Below, one piece after another: positions 34,368-55,469 of a stretch of DNA of 64,000 nucleotides. The position numbers and the translations under genes are program-made. Source of the stretch: the human T2T-CHM13v2.0 reference genome, Homo sapiens; assembly GCF_009914755.1 (NCBI RefSeq), contig NC_060934.1, one strand, 5' to 3'. Positions within the stretch are counted from its first letter, which is position 1; every line of letters starts with the position of its first letter. Under the pieces are notes generated by a model. It was not told the DNA's origin, ran no database searches, and saw nothing but the letters and a program-made list of their open reading frames with translations.

Positions 34368-36064
34368 GATGAAATCATGCAATGAGCAAAACCTGCAGCG
34401 TGTCTCTGCCTTTTCCTTTGCATTTGTTCTCAGCAGCAATTGGGTCATAATTTTTTTTTTTTTTTAATTAACAGTGGTAGAAAGGAGGTGACTTCCAGCA
34501 TGAAGCAGGACAGAGAATCCCCCTGCCCATTCCCAAGGGACCAAAGGCACTAGGGGAATATGGGGCAGGATGAATGTACCTTGCGTCACCAGGCTGGCAG
34601 AGCTGATGGGGACTGCGCTGAGCGGAGAGAGAGAAAACCCAGGTATTTGGGGGCAGAGACAGGAGTGTTGGGCCAGCGGTCAGGGGGCCTGGGGATGAGT
34701 CCCAGCTTTGCCACTGTCTGGCTGTGTGACCTTGCATAAGTCACTTCCCTTACTTGGACACCAGTTTCCTTTTAGAATGAAGGTGTAATCAGTTGTTCAC
34801 AAACATTGTTCCCAAAAAGCCCCATTAGGGATTCAAAAGTCAGCTGAAAGGGCAGGCGGCACCCTCTCAACAAGAGTCACTGTGCGTTTTGATCTGCTTC
34901 ACGTGTTCAGATAGCATTTCAGATTTATTTGGCCTTCAACTAAATCTCCAAAAACACATAAGAAGGTTGCCAAGGACCCTTTCAGCTAAGAAATTGAATG
35001 GAGTCCTTTCAAATTGCAGTTACATCCGTCATAACAACTTTAGTTCTTACTACATTTCAGCCCTGCTTGTCTCCCAAGAGCTGCCTGCAGAGCATGGGTG
35101 TTTCCCTGGGGAGAAGGGAGAGAGCTCATTTTGGAACACAGAAGCCAGAGCTGGTGGGGCTTTGTGGGTCTCAGGACACAGGGGTAGCAGGACCAGCAGC
35201 TGCAGGAAGAGGCAGAGGAGGGCTGAGCACGGGGACAGTGGCTCCTGGAGTGAGGGAATGAAGACTCAGAGAGGCTCAATGTGAGGGAACAGGCCCCCCT
35301 CCCCAAATCTTAACCTGTGTCTCTGCCAGTTCACCCAGTCCAGGCTTGGGAAGCTCAAGCCAGCTCCCTCCCACCTCTTAAAGTATTTGAGCCGGTGCCT
35401 GTCATCCCAACCTGAACAGAAGCTGCCCACCCCAGTCAGGTGCTATTGCTGTCTCCCCTACGCTGGGGGCTGGATATAGTTAGTTTAATTTCTGGGCTGT
35501 GTTTCCTACCACAAATGACCCCCTGGGGAAACAAATTGCACTAATCACAGAGCAGAGAAGCCTGGACACCTCCCCACCCACCCACCCCTCAGCTGCCAGG
35601 CCGGAACCGTCTCTCCTCCTCCTCCTTTCCCCCACCCCCAGACCCCTTCAGGATCGTCAGTCTTCCTTCCTACACCCCAATTTACTCAACCCTGGGGAGG
35701 AGTCAAGCGCCCCGTGGGCTCTCTGGGACAGGGAGAGTTGGCTGGGACTCTCTGGAAAGCAGTTTGATCAGCAGGGGGCTGGGGTCAGGGACCTGTGCCA
35801 TTGCCCACAGAGCCCTGCCAGGCCCAGCACTGGCCCAGCCCTGGAGCCTGCAGCAGCATCCTCAAGTGTGTTTGGAGAAACTGTGGTCACAGGATTGCTC
35901 TTGGGAAGTTACAGTGCACATTTGCGATTACAGGCTCCAGGTAGGCCGCTTTCCTTTGACTCACCCAGCATTAAGGATTACCTTCTAGAAAGAACCATTT
36001 TTATGGAATTCGTTTATCATGAAAAACTTTTTTCCAAACAACAGTCTTTTTCAAGACTCTGGCC

Positions 36065-36346
36065 TTCTTTATTTTTTAAGACTCTGTCACCCAGGTGGGA
36101 GTGCAATGACGCAATCACAGCTCACTGCAGCCTGGACCTCTCAGGCTCAAGCAGTCCTCCTGCCTCAGCCTCCCAAGTAGCTGGGACTATAGGCATGCAC
36201 CACACTTGCTAGCTTTTTTGTATTTTTTGTAGTAATGGGATCTCGCCATGTTGCCTAGGCTGGTCTTGAACTCCGAACTCAAGCAATCTGCCGGCCTCAG
36301 CCTACCAAAGTGTTGGGATTATAGGCATGAGACACTATACCTAGCC
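36065..36346 (-). mobile_element. AluJ
   Basis: Antisense Alu; flanking caagactctg. Confidence 0.85.
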
Positions 36347-36959
36347 AAGACTCTGTCATTCTGCAAAAGAGTTAGTAGCTACCAGCAGCCTGCAGCTGGA
36401 AGTGTGTAGGACCAAAAGCCACCCTAAGCAGCCATTAGGTGGTGGGTGAGTTGGCTGGGAGAAAAAATCTAGGGTTGGGTTTAAGGCCCATCCCCCTTCA
36501 CACCATCCTCCCCGAGCTGCCAGGCTAAGAGGAGCCCTCAGAGATTGCAGCAGCCTCAGGGGCACTGAGAGCCAGGGTTCGGGGCACTGAGGGCCAGGGT
36601 TCAAGGCCCTGAGACTTGCTGTCCCCAAACCTCCCTGGTTCTTGGCTTCCTCAACTCAACCCACGCTGTGGGGCCTCCGTGGCATGACCCAAAAGATGTG
36701 GAACACCCCACAGAGAGTGGGAACTCTGGAGAACCAGGCCAGGTATAAACACCACGGGATACTATTTATCTGAGAAATAGGAGTTTGAGATTGCTCTTAA
36801 AGGAGCCATTTCTGAAACAGTGGGACAAAGGTTACCAGCAGTAAATAGGTTTCCTGGAGGTGTAATCCTCTAGTAGCTAGTAAAACCTTCGCTGAAATCT
36901 GCGGGCCGTTTATTGGAAGAAGAAGCAGGTAGTAAGTGCCCAGCAGGAGAGGCCCGCCC

Positions 36960-37830
<871 letters not shown>

Positions 37831-38588
37831 TCAGGTGTCTTGGTTTGGGTTACACCGGCAGCTGACACTGGGACAAGGGCAAAATGGTTTCTTTAGGAGC
37901 TGTGGATGGTCCGGCAAGGGAGGAGAGGAGGCAGGCAGCCAGCAGAACCGTGCCGCTGAGCCAGCTGCCACTTTGGGGAACTGGAGCCGAATCCCTCTGG
38001 GAACCACAGTGCAAAGCCGGTGCCTTGGACTCACTCCACCCCGGGGTGAGGAGAGGGAGTCTGAAGGTTCCTACACCAGTGCCTGTCAGCTTCTGGCTGA
38101 GACTGCTCTTGGAGGGTATTAATTTCACAGCACAGCCGCTGGCCCCAGCAGAACAGCATTCCCAAACTCTGGAACAAACCATTAGACTCAGAGGTAAAGA
38201 TACAGGTGGCTAGAAGTTTCCAGAGCACAGTAAAAGGTTAGGTGTAGGGGATAGGGCACGGTCTGACAACATCTACGCCCTGGGGTGCTCTCATTCCCAC
38301 AGGAAAAATAGGCTCTGGTGGGAGGGGGCAGCAGCCTTTTTAACCGGAGAAGGTCAGGGTCCCCACCTGCCCATCCCCCGGTCTCCCCAATTACTGAGGC
38401 AGCAATGCCCTTTGCCATGTATCATAGCACTTGCACTGATGTTTGACTTCCAACACAATATCTTCTCTGTGAATTCATGTCTGTCCAACATGAGAAAGTG
38501 TCAGGCCAAGAGGGCCACGGCTCCCAAGCCATTCACTGTGACAGCTCCCCAGCCACTACGGGTATTTGGGTTTGCAGCCCTGGCTTAA

Positions 38589-38813
<225 letters not shown>

Positions 38814-39580
38814 TAGACCTCAGGAATGAGGTGGTTGCTCTCCCTGGTCTGCACACCATGGAACTCAACACCCCCTGGCCATCTCTCACGGCACCTACCT
38901 AGACTTCTCCCGCCCACCTAAGCAGATGGCCAGAATAAACACTGAAGAAGAGGACAGCTGGTTTTGCCCACCTGGAGGTGAACAGGGCTAGGCCTGCATC
39001 CAGTCCACGCCAGAGCTGCCCCCTGGAATGTTTTCAACTCATTTCTGCCTCGGTGCACACAGTGGGGCATGCTCCTCTGTGGGGCACACAGACCCCTTGG
39101 GCACGCGCTCACTGTGATCAGCATGGCAGTTCCCAGTGCCTGGGCTCAAATGCTTCTCCATTCTCTCCCACACAAGAAAGCTCAACAGAGTGACAGAGGA
39201 CACTGTGTGTGCAAAGACCTGGAGGATAAAGGGGACATGGGAAGTTTGGAGACCAAGAAGCAGTTTGCTCTGGCCGAGATGGTGATGAGACAGGAAGCTG
39301 GAGAGGAAAACTGGGGCCCGAATGTACTAAGAAAAAGAGGTCTGACTTGCTCCTAAGAGCTATAGAGAGCCATTGAAAGGCAGAGTGAAGCAGAGTGGTT
39401 TGGTCTGATCAACTGTATTCTATTTTACAGAGAGAAGAGTGAGGCACGGAGAGCTGAAATGACCAGCAGCGTCAGAACATGAACCCACGCCACTCATCCT
39501 TGGATTCCAAGCCTAGATCCTCCTGTCCTATCCTTTGCCTCACACCTCCCACCCAATGTATTAAGACCCCATGGGCTGTG

Positions 39581-40346
<766 letters not shown>

Positions 40347-41445
40347 CTGTGTACATGCTATGAAACCCAAGCCAGAATCACAGGCTTCTCTCTGGAGTCA
40401 TACAGGGCAAGCCCCAGCTCTCTCTTGGGTGCTAACTTTCCAAAGTCTGCCCCTGAGTCTGCTCTTCTCCACGCTTGAATAGCAACAATGTGTCCTAGCT
40501 GTGGGACCTTGGACCAGTGACTTGCCCTCTCTGAGCCTCAGCTAGCTCATGTGTAGAATGGGGGATAATATCGACGGGAAGGGTAGGGTGCTGTATGGCG
40601 CATGCCTGATTTGCAGTGAGCCTGAATCAACAAATACTTTGAAGTCTGGAATGGAGGCCCAAGTGGAGCTTATCATGCAACCTAGGGCCACATAGAATGA
40701 GTCCCTCGGCATCTGCCCCAGGCAGGCAGGCTGTAAACCTGGACAAATACTGAAAGGACAAATACTGCAGGACAATACTGAAAACCAGAATTGAGGTTCC
40801 AGGGACCAACTCTGAGACACCCCATGGAGCAATTCCCAGAGTTTGAACAAGTGAGCAGGGGAGAGTTTTCTCGTTCCTTTTGGGAGTGTTCATTCATTCC
40901 ACTTCTGTATTTTTTTAACATTCTCTTTCCCCTGACTTGAGGTTGATTTATTTAAGCAGTTTCCCTTCCAAGAAAAAATGCCCTCTGCCTCTGTCTCTAT
41001 CAGTGGAGAGACCGACACTTAGAACCAAGAAGACCCTGGTTTAAATCAGTTCACTCAAGACATTGGCTGATGGGCAGTGCTTCTCCCTCCAGCCCTGGCT
41101 CTTGAGGGGTCTGGCCAGCCCAAATAGTGGCATGTTCACACTTGGCCTGACCCACCACTTCCTGACACATGTCCTATTCGGCTGGGGAGCAGGGAAACAG
41201 TTGAGAAGACATGTATCAAGACTTGCTCATGGAAGCAGGAATCCAAGATGCCCATTACAGGGGAATGCTCCTGACATCTTACTTCTAGACGCCAGTGCCT
41301 TTCTCTTTCTCTTTGAGGGGTGTTTAAGCCTCGGTCCCTGACCTCAGCATTCACATAGCCTGCCACTGTGCCTGACCCAGCAAGATCAGTGGTTGAATGA
41401 ATTAATTAATTAATGGTGATAAAGTTCTAGAAGCATTTGGAATAA

Positions 41446-42030
<585 letters not shown>

Positions 42031-42100
42031 ATGCTAAGAGCCTGGCCGGAGGTAGAAGAGGGTAAAACAGGAAGTTCTAATGGTTTTTCTTTCAAGAAAT

Positions 42101-42570
42101 TGTTACTGAAACCACAGGGGTTCGGGCTAGGTCCTGCTGCTTACAACACAGAAAGCCAATCACTAAGACAATGAGGATTGCCGGGGAAGAAGGCTTCAAC
42201 TGGGTACCGCATCCAAGGAGATCAGTCCCAACTCTGTCTCCCTGACCAATTAAACTTAGGGGTTTATATAGCAAGGAAGAAATGTAACTACATCTAGGAA
42301 AACAGGAATTAGGGAGGGGTAAGGAAGAGGAGTTGGTCAACAACAGGCAGGCGTTGGCTTAGGAAATCATGAAGGGTGAGAGGTCTGGCATCTCATTGTC
42401 CAGATCCAGTGAGTTTCAATCAGGGAGGCCTGATGGTTGGTTTCCTGAGAAATGAACTCAGATAAGACAAATGTAACTTTGCCAAGTTTCAAGACTGGGA
42501 GGTTTCATTTCAATATTTATTCCAAAGTAGCCATAAATGTCAGTTCTATGGGATAATTGGGTCTGTTTCA
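42101..42570 (-). mobile_element. ERV1-class solo LTR
   Basis: TG...CA termini; reverse-strand TATA (tttatatag); (g/a)aaat flanks. Confidence 0.7.
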
Positions 42571-42587
42571 AAAATGACAAGATTGCA

Positions 42588-42900
42588 GCTGGACACAGTG
42601 GCTCACGCCTGTAATCTCGGCTCTTTGGGAGGCCAAAGCAGACAGATCACCTGAGGTCAGGAGTTCAAGACCAGCCCGGCCAACATGGCGAAACCCCTTC
42701 TCTACTAAAAATCACAAAAATTAGCTGGGCATGGTGGCAGGTGCCTGTAATCCCAGCTACTTGGGAGGCTGAGGCAGGGAGAATTGCTTGAACCCAGGAG
42801 ACGGAGGTTGCAGTGAGCCGAGATGGCACCACTGCACTCCAGCCTGGGGGACAGAGTGAGACTCTGTCTCAAAATAAAAAAAAAATAAAATAAAATAAAA
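42588..42900 (+). mobile_element. AluS
   Basis: Full Alu with (TAAAA)n tail. Confidence 0.9.
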
Positions 42901-43113
42901 GAACTTGGCTTTTGATGCCAGTGATGCTGTGCAAAGGCAGGGAAACACCACATGAAGAGCTCCTAGACAAAGTCTCCTGTTCCATTCTAGATGCAAGCCC
43001 AAAATAAACACAGGAATAAAGCTCAGACCCAGTGGAGATCAAAGAAAGGCAAACCCAAATAACAGTGACCTCTTACACTGGCAATATTTTTTTTTTTAAA
43101 AATAGCAAAACCT

Positions 43114-43230
43114 GGCTGGGCGAAGTGGCTCACGTCTGTAATCCCAGCACTTTGGGAGCCAAGATCATGCCACTGCACTCCAGCCTGAGCAACAGAGTGA
43201 GACTCCGTCTCAAAAACAAACAAAAAAAAA
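43114..43230 (+). mobile_element. Alu with a large internal deletion
   Basis: Left-arm start fused to right-arm end; TSD agcaaaacc. Confidence 0.85.
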
Positions 43231-43239
43231 GCAAAACCC

Positions 43240-44904
<1,665 letters not shown>

Positions 44905-46729
44905 TCATCACATAGCAGTTAAGAGCTTGGGCTTCAGAGTTAGGCTGCCTGAGTTCAAATCCCAATTCCATCATGGGTTAGCTGAGACCTCTCTGAGCCG
45001 CAGTCTTCAGGTACAAGATGGAGAGAATAATAATAAAGCCAAGACGCTGGCTGGGTGGGTGTTGGAAGGCTCTAAGTGAGATGATACAACCCGTGTGCTC
45101 CCCCTGGCACAGTACCCCACAGTTATCCATTACTGTTACTGTTATCACCATGACTAATTACTGTTATAATTATTAATATAACCTTTGCAATTAGGAAGGT
45201 GAGAAGCCTTGGCCTCTGCCCATATCCTCTGGCCACCCAGAGTCCCCGAGAGCTGTCCCCACCAGCTCTTCCCTGCCAGGTTGGCGCTCGCTCTCAGACT
45301 TACTGTGAGGCCTTCAGCCCACACTTGCCAGAACTCCCGTGTTTTCTCCTCCGTGCCCTTTTCTGCAGAGAAGGCTTGGAAGAAACAGCCCAGCAAACAC
45401 CAGTCTCCTGGCCCCAGAGCGAGACGTGGAAGTTTGCAGAAATGCATCACCAAATGTTTGATTTGGGAGGAGAGGAAGAGCAGAGCTCATACCGAGAGCA
45501 AAATAGGACAGAAAGGAGATTTTTCAGTAAGGGCTGAGGAGAGACCATCGTTCATCACTGGGGCCTCCTTGTTTCCTCACTTAGTTTCTTGACTTCAGTC
45601 CTGACCACCTCATTTGCTGTGGAACATCTGGCCCCAATATGGGGCTGATTTAATAAATCCAAGACATCTTCCTTTGCCCAGCAGACTTAGAAGAAGCCAA
45701 GGAGAAACCCTGTGGGGTTGCCAGCAAGGACCCATAGAGGCAAAGAGACAGACAGGAAAGAGGAGGATGGTGAATAACCAAGTGGGAACCGGGGCGCATC
45801 TGGCAGGTGAGCTGAGACCCATGTGTTCAGAAATCAAGATTATGGGCCAGACAGAGGCATGCCCATTGAAGCCAGCAGCAGCCTCCAGAAGCGACCACCT
45901 GCCCTTGGTTTCTATCCTTTCCTGTTGTTCCTCACTAGGCAGGAACTGGCTTTATGTAGGTCACAGATTTTCCAGATATGGGAGAACAGGATTTGGGACA
46001 CCTTGTAGTTGTTACACACACACGCGCACGCGCGCACACATACACACGCCCCCTCCTCCCAGACTGGAGGGCAGAAGGGTCATGGAGCTTCAGCTAGAGT
46101 CCCTCCTCCTGTTGGTCTGGCCTGTAGGGATACTGTAGCCCCTCTGCCTGCGGATGTCTCATGACCCCAGACAAAGCAGAGTGACTGTGGCTGACGAGCA
46201 TGTCGGAAGGGCTGACGGGAGCATCAGGTTGAAAATGAGAGAAAGAAGTGCATGAAAGAAGTTGTGATTCCTAGAAGTTCCCACTCCACCCACTTCCCAC
46301 AACAACTCCACTACTCCAAATGAGAAATTAATTCCTTCAGGATCAGGGTTGCGAAGGAGGTGCCAAAACCTAAGAAAAAGGCTTTGTGTTTGCAGGGTGT
46401 GAACTTGGTTTAAGAGAAGCTAGCCATGACGCAGCTATGGGACGGGGTCCTGGACGTCTCAGCATTTCAGGAGAGTTAGCAAGGCTGCCCTGCGCGGGGG
46501 TGGGGTGGATCTCTTCTGTTACTGGTGTTGGAGATAGAACAGTGGTCAGGGACATTAATTGTGGCGATCGATTTTCCTTATTCTCACTTATGTATGTAGA
46601 AGAGATTCAATGAATGGTAAAGTCATTATACCCATTCCCCTACAGGGAGTAGAGAGAGACCAGCTTTCCTCATTCTGAACTCTGGCCCTCTACAGGGAAG
46701 AAAGAGTCCCCAAACTCAATACTAAACAA

Positions 46730-47080
46730 ACCCAGTGGTTTTCAGCACCGGACACAAGTTAAAATCTCCCACTAGTTCTCACACTTTCCTGGGTATGCGA
46801 CGCCCTGCTCCTGAAGGCCTTGTTAAAACACAGATCTCTGGACCCCACCCTAACAGCTTTGGATTCTGTTGTCAGGGTGGGGCCTGAGAGTTTGCACTTT
46901 AACAGGTGCCCTGGTGATGCTGATGCTGCTGGTCCCCGGGTCCAACTTTGAGAACCACCACCCCACCCCCGGTCCTCAGAGACTGATTTGGTTGGTTTGG
47001 AGTGGGGTTTCTTTGGCAGCTGTTGTTTAAAAGCACCCAGGGTATCCCAGAAGAGCCATGGTTCACACCATCAAGGCCAG
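46730..47080. mobile_element. MER5-family fragments
   Basis: ttgttaaaacacagat...gtggggcctgagagtttgcactttaacagg...ctttgagaaccac. Confidence 0.7.
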
Positions 47081-47920
47081 TTATGGAGAATCTTCTACGA
47101 GAGCACATTATAAAAATAAGCACTTTCAGCAGGACGTGGACTCTAAAAAAAATAAATAACATAAAAGTAGAAATAAGCAGAAACATCCAGCTCTCAGTTA
47201 AGTACTTGCTAAGCTCCAGCTGCTTCAACCTCATCTAATTCCTGTTCCCTTTCCACATCCTGGTCTTAGCCCCTCTGCAGCTTTGCAGGAGCCGTCTCCA
47301 CGTGGCCTGGCCTGGCTGAGCTCTGGGGCAGGAGCGCTTGGTGGCATCTCTTGGCTCTGAGTCTACAGTTTCCTTGACATCTTATTGCTCTGATTTTCTC
47401 TCAAGTGCCTCCCCTTCTTTCCTTTGTTCTGGGAGAAACATTCCCTCATCTTGTCTATGTGCAGAGATCCCCAATGACTTGCCTTCCTTACGACTGAGCA
47501 GATAGAAAGCGACTTGCCTTGGTCTGTGGAATAGCCGATATCCTATGACCCTTATCCCTCCGCCTGGCGAGACCCACATGGACATAAATCACAAGGATGC
47601 CAAGGCAAGACTGTGGACCCTGCCTCCAGCCGAGGCCTGGCAGAGGGGAGCTGTGGGCTTCCAGCCCCCTGTGGGAAGATTTACCAAACAAAGAGCAGAT
47701 GCTTCAAACAATGACTTCATTGCAGACTGGGTCCCAGTACATTCAGGAAGGGAGTGGCCCATGGATGCTGGCCAATCCTACTCAGAGGAGCCTCAAAGAG
47801 AAACCAAGCAGGCAAGCCAGTGACCAAGCAGCCACGGTGAGGACTGGGGAGGAAGACATGCACATCTCACCTCTCCTGGGCCAGGCAATTATAGGCAATA
47901 TCCTAATTAATCCTTATGAC

Positions 47921-48209
<289 letters not shown>

Positions 48210-48797
48210 TTATGATGCCACAGTAGACCTTGATCTGGAAGATGTGACTGCTGACCTATCCTGCCTCCTTGGGTCTGATACAAACAAGCCGAGTGGGAAC
48301 TGGCAAAAGGGCACGGGTAAGCACTCATGTATGTGCATACAGGTGTGTGTGTGCCTGTGTGCATGTGTGTGTTGATTCCTACCCCTCAGTCTTCCCAGCC
48401 CCAGCGCACACAGATTCCATCTTCATTTTCTTAAATCTTCGTCTTTGCCCATAACCTCCCCCATGGAGCCTCCCAGCCTAATTGAAAAAAACAAAAAAAG
48501 AGAGAGAGAGAGAGAAATGTTGAACTGTTATATGATTCCCCTTATCTCAAATGGGAGGAAAATCGCTGGAAAGTTTTAAAGTCTAGGTGTCAATAGTCCT
48601 GTGAGTCATTTTACGACTGGGTTCGGGCAGCCCCGCAGCCAAGCCCTCTTGCCTCTCTGAATCTGTTTTACCATCTATAAAATGCAGTCAAGGGAGGTGG
48701 GGAGGGCTTCCAGTCAGGTTAGTTTCACATCCATGCTTTGAGGCCCTGTGGTCCCAGAAACAGCAATAAACGGGCAAAACATTAAAAGGGAAAATTT

Positions 48798-49245
48798 ATT
48801 TTTTTAATTTTTTTAACGTATGTTTTTTGAGACAGAGTCTGACTCTGTGGCCCAGGCTGGAGTGCAGCGGTGTGATCTCGGCTCACTGCAACCTCTGCCT
48901 CTAAAAGGGAAAATTTAAAAGCACCCCGTCTATCAGAAAATAAAAGACACAGTCACACTCAAAATCATTTTAGACCTATTTGTGGTACAAAAATGGACCG
49001 AAACCCCAATGCTGTAAGGTGCCAGAGACCTGACCTCTTGGGGCTCTGGGTCAGCGTCAGCTGTCTAGGTTGGGTGCGGTGGCTCATGCCTGTAATCCCA
49101 GCACTTTGGGAGGCTAAGGTGGCAGGATCACTTGAGCCCAGGAGGTGGAGGCTGCAGTGAGTCATGATTGTATCATCTCACTCCAGCCTGGACGACAAAG
49201 CGAGAACCTGTCTCAAAAAAAAAAAAAAAAAGAAGAAGAAAAAGA
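48798..49245. mobile_element. Truncated antisense Alu (48798-48901) and a FRAM-like monomer (49068-49245)
   Basis: TSD taaaagggaaaattt around the first. Confidence 0.8.
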
Positions 49246-49814
49246 AAGGTGTTTCTTTATTGTCTTATCGTCTTTCCTGGCATCTCTTACAGCTAGGTGT
49301 ACCTATGTGACTAATGTCCAACCAATGGAAAGTAAGTGGAAGCGTTAGGTGCGATTTCATAAAGGGAGAGTGGTACTCTTTTTTGCTTCTTCCACCTCAT
49401 GACAGCTCAAATGCAGACATAATGGCAAGACTCAAGCCGCCATATTGGAGTGTGGGGTAAAAGCCACTCACTGAGGACAGCAGAACTGGATAGACGTCTC
49501 CTGAGTCCTTGATAATTATGGAGGCACCACGCTAGCCTTGGACAGCCTATCTCTGGAATGTGTGTGAAGTTTGTGTTTCATAATGTTGCTGTAATTTTGG
49601 GTGCTCTATTACTCAAGAGTGAATCTAATCCTCGCTAAATCAGAGGTGTCACACGTCGTGCCACTACTCATTAATTTGGGGCATTAGATTTACTTTCAAA
49701 TTGTTGTTATTCTAAATAGCATAACATGAACCTCTTTATGTAAAAAACTCAATCTGCATCTCTGGGGTTTTTTTTTCTCGTACTCTATTATCTTCCTAGG
49801 ATACATTTCTGTTA

Positions 49815-50337
<523 letters not shown>

Positions 50338-50897
50338 ACCAACCAATGTTCTGAAATGGTTGTACAAATGACATTCCTGCCAGTTGCATATTTGAATGCC
50401 TATTTCACAGTTCCTGCACTAGTACAGGAGGCAAGGGAGTATACGCTTTCTGTCCCCCAGCCATGCCCTTTGAACCACTCTGGACTTGAGCTGCAGCTGG
50501 GCAGTCTCTCCTGTCCCCACTCACAGCTTCCCCCTCTCAGGTGCCAGTAACATCTCCCAATTTCCTGACCCCAGACTTTCTCCAAAGCTCCAGAAGCTTA
50601 CTCAGCTCTCATGCAGGTGAAGTGTGGCAAGGAGTTAGTGCCCCAAGGAGACGAGAGATGCTGAAACACACCTGGGTGTTTTTTATTTGTTTGTATTGGT
50701 TTTTTTCCCTTTTATTTTCAATTGACATATAATAATTGTATATATTTATGGGATACAGAGTGGTGTTTTGATAAGTGTTGGTTTTGGTAGTGATTTATAA
50801 AAGAGGAATAACTGAGTCAACTGGAGCTATTTTTGAGGATAGAGGTGAGGACCAGATAATAACAAAATAACAATAGCAATTATTTGTTTAACACCTA

Positions 50898-51262
<365 letters not shown>

Positions 51263-51534
51263 TCAGCAACTCTGCAAACTAGATTATTTTATTATTCCCA
51301 CTTTGCAGATGAGGAAACCAGGGCTTGGAGGTGTAAAGTAACTTGCTCAAGGTCTTGAAGTTATGAGGCTGAAGCAATACGGCTTGAACAAAGACTGAGC
51401 CCCACCTCGTCTGAGGTGGCGGAATATGAGGAACATGGTCTTAGGAGGGAGGAAAGAGTGGATGATCCGAAATGAATCCCAGTTTCCCCTACAAAATATG
51501 AGGGTCATGTGCAGGGAACCCTGACCAGTCCTCC

Positions 51535-51539
<5 letters not shown>

Positions 51540-51575
<36 letters not shown>
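51540..51575. repeat. (TG)n microsatellite
   Basis: Uninterrupted GT run of ~18 units. Confidence 0.95.
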
Positions 51576-51577
<2 letters not shown>

Positions 51578-52099
51578 TAGGATGGATGGGACAAAGTGAT
51601 ACATTACAAAAAGCCGGGAGAAGGAGCTTGGTCCAATGCTAACCGGCGCCATGGGAGTGAGGCTCCTATCTTCCTACAGAGAGTGGGAGCAGGGGCCCTA
51701 TCTTCGGGGCTTGGCTGGAACAAACAGTTCTGGCGGCAGCCTTGTGTTTGTTCTCTCGGGCAGGCAGCTTAAGGGGAGGCAGGGTCATCCTGGACTGCGG
51801 CCTTGAGCTGTTGCAAACACTGCCTCACCTCCCGCCTCACCCCACGCAGTGCTGGAACTCTGGGCAGGGGGACAATGGTGGGTCTGTGAGGGTGTCAGGT
51901 TGTCAGGAACAAGGCTGGTGGCTTTGAGCAAGTTGTGCAACCCCTTCCAGCCCCAGGTACTCATCCTTCCAGTGGAGGATGTCACGGCTGCCTTCACAGG
52001 AGATGGAAAGATCAGCCCCTCTCCCAGCTTCTTGTGGTTCATTTGCCTGACTCTCCTGAGCCTCCGCTCAACTCCTCCCCATTTCCTTCTTCTCCCAGT

Positions 52100-52965
<866 letters not shown>

Positions 52966-53477
52966 GGCGGACAGGAGGGCTTAGAAAAGAGCTTGGCATG
53001 TAGAAAGCCCTCCAAATGTTAATTTATAATTATGGCAGGGATGAATTTCAAAATCATAAAGTGCTCACAGACAACAAGCTGCCTTGTCCACAGAGATGGC
53101 TGCAATTCCTCTGGAATACTGGGGGAGGGTGAACAGTGATGACTAAATCCCCCTCCTCTCAGGCCCCAGGACTCCAGGGCAGCACTCTTCTTAGCCCTGG
53201 GTGTGTGGGGGGGTAAAGCATGGGACCCTCCTTCCAGTCCCCACTGCCAGCCTCCCTGGCCCCCCAACACCCTGTCCTGCTCTGTGCCAGGAGGCTGCTC
53301 ACAACCCCCGGAGCACCTTATTCCTGTGACTGGGCCGAAAGACGAGGCTGGGCGCAAGCCCGGAGCCCAGTGATGTGTCACACGTGAATCTGTCACATGT
53401 GAAGACACAGAAACAGCCCCTTGGCTGTTACTAAAGGGAAAAGAGGCCAGCAAGGTGACTCACACCTGTAATTCCAG

Positions 53478-54281
<804 letters not shown>

Positions 54282-55469
54282 TCAAAAAAATAATAATAAA
54301 AAGAAAAAGGAAAGAAAATAAATGCTCCTTTTCCAAACCTTTCCCCTGAAGAGAGCCTAGCCTTAGACTCTGGCCCGTTCCCTCCCAGGCACTCCAGACT
54401 CTTGTGTCATGGGATGACCCCCCCCCCCACACACACACACACCAGCCCTGTGTCTCTCCCTGGGTGCTTTTCATCCCCGTATTAATTCTCCAACCTTTGT
54501 TGGTGAATCCTCCCCACTCCCCGCATATGATCTCTCACATGGGGCTTTAACTGATTTTAAAAAATAACATGAACAAACAGTGAAACTAAAAGCACAGCTA
54601 TGTTGAAGCCTGGTCCTCTAACCTAGTTTCAAATAATAATAATGATAATGATAAATACAGCTATTATTTATTGTGCTTTGTTGGAAGGACATTAGACAAT
54701 AATTCAACATTCACAAAAATCCTGGGGTAGGTATCATGATCACCTGCATTTTACAGATAGGAAACTGAGTCATGGAGACATTAAGCCACTTGCCCAAGAT
54801 CACACAGATCAAGGGAAGATTGTATAAAGCCCCTTCCCACACCAGCTGCCGCTTCCCGACTGCAGAGGCTCAGGGTGCTCTCTCTGTCCTCAGAGGCTTG
54901 TGTAACCATCTCTGTGCCCCGTTGCCCGGCCTGGACATTCTTGCTTTCAGGCGTGGGCACAGGGATCCCTCCAGTTGGCCACAGGCAGGAGCATTCTGAG
55001 TGAAATGCCAAGCCTGACTTAGAAAACTCTGCCCCAGACAGCAGCCCGATCATCCGCCACTGGTCGCCTTCCTGTGTTTATTCTGAGGCCACCATGCCTG
55101 ACAAAGGCCCCTTGTCCTGTCCAAGAAGGGGACAGATTTTTAAGGACATGGATTGAGGATATGGGCTATTTATTACCAGGACTGGTTCCCTCTCCCGGAG
55201 GCGTAGGAGTTGCTGTCACGGTCTGTGTGGAAGTCGATGCTGGCCTTGCCGCCCCCTCCCCTGCTTGCTGGCCCAGCTCCCTGCCCACACTCAGATCCAC
55301 CTGACAGTTTCCTCCACACACACATGCACGTGTGCACAGCTTGCCAGGGTGCAGGGCAAAGCGAAAGGGTATCTCCTGAGTCTATAATGGCCTATAGGAT
55401 TCCTGCACACCTAAAGTCATTTGCAAAGTGGTGGTGCATGTGGACATGTGTGTGTCAGTGTCGCATATG

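Noticed and set aside
35499-36212. 237-aa ORF downstream of CHST3
   Set aside because: Non-ATG start, low-complexity composition, ends in Alu.
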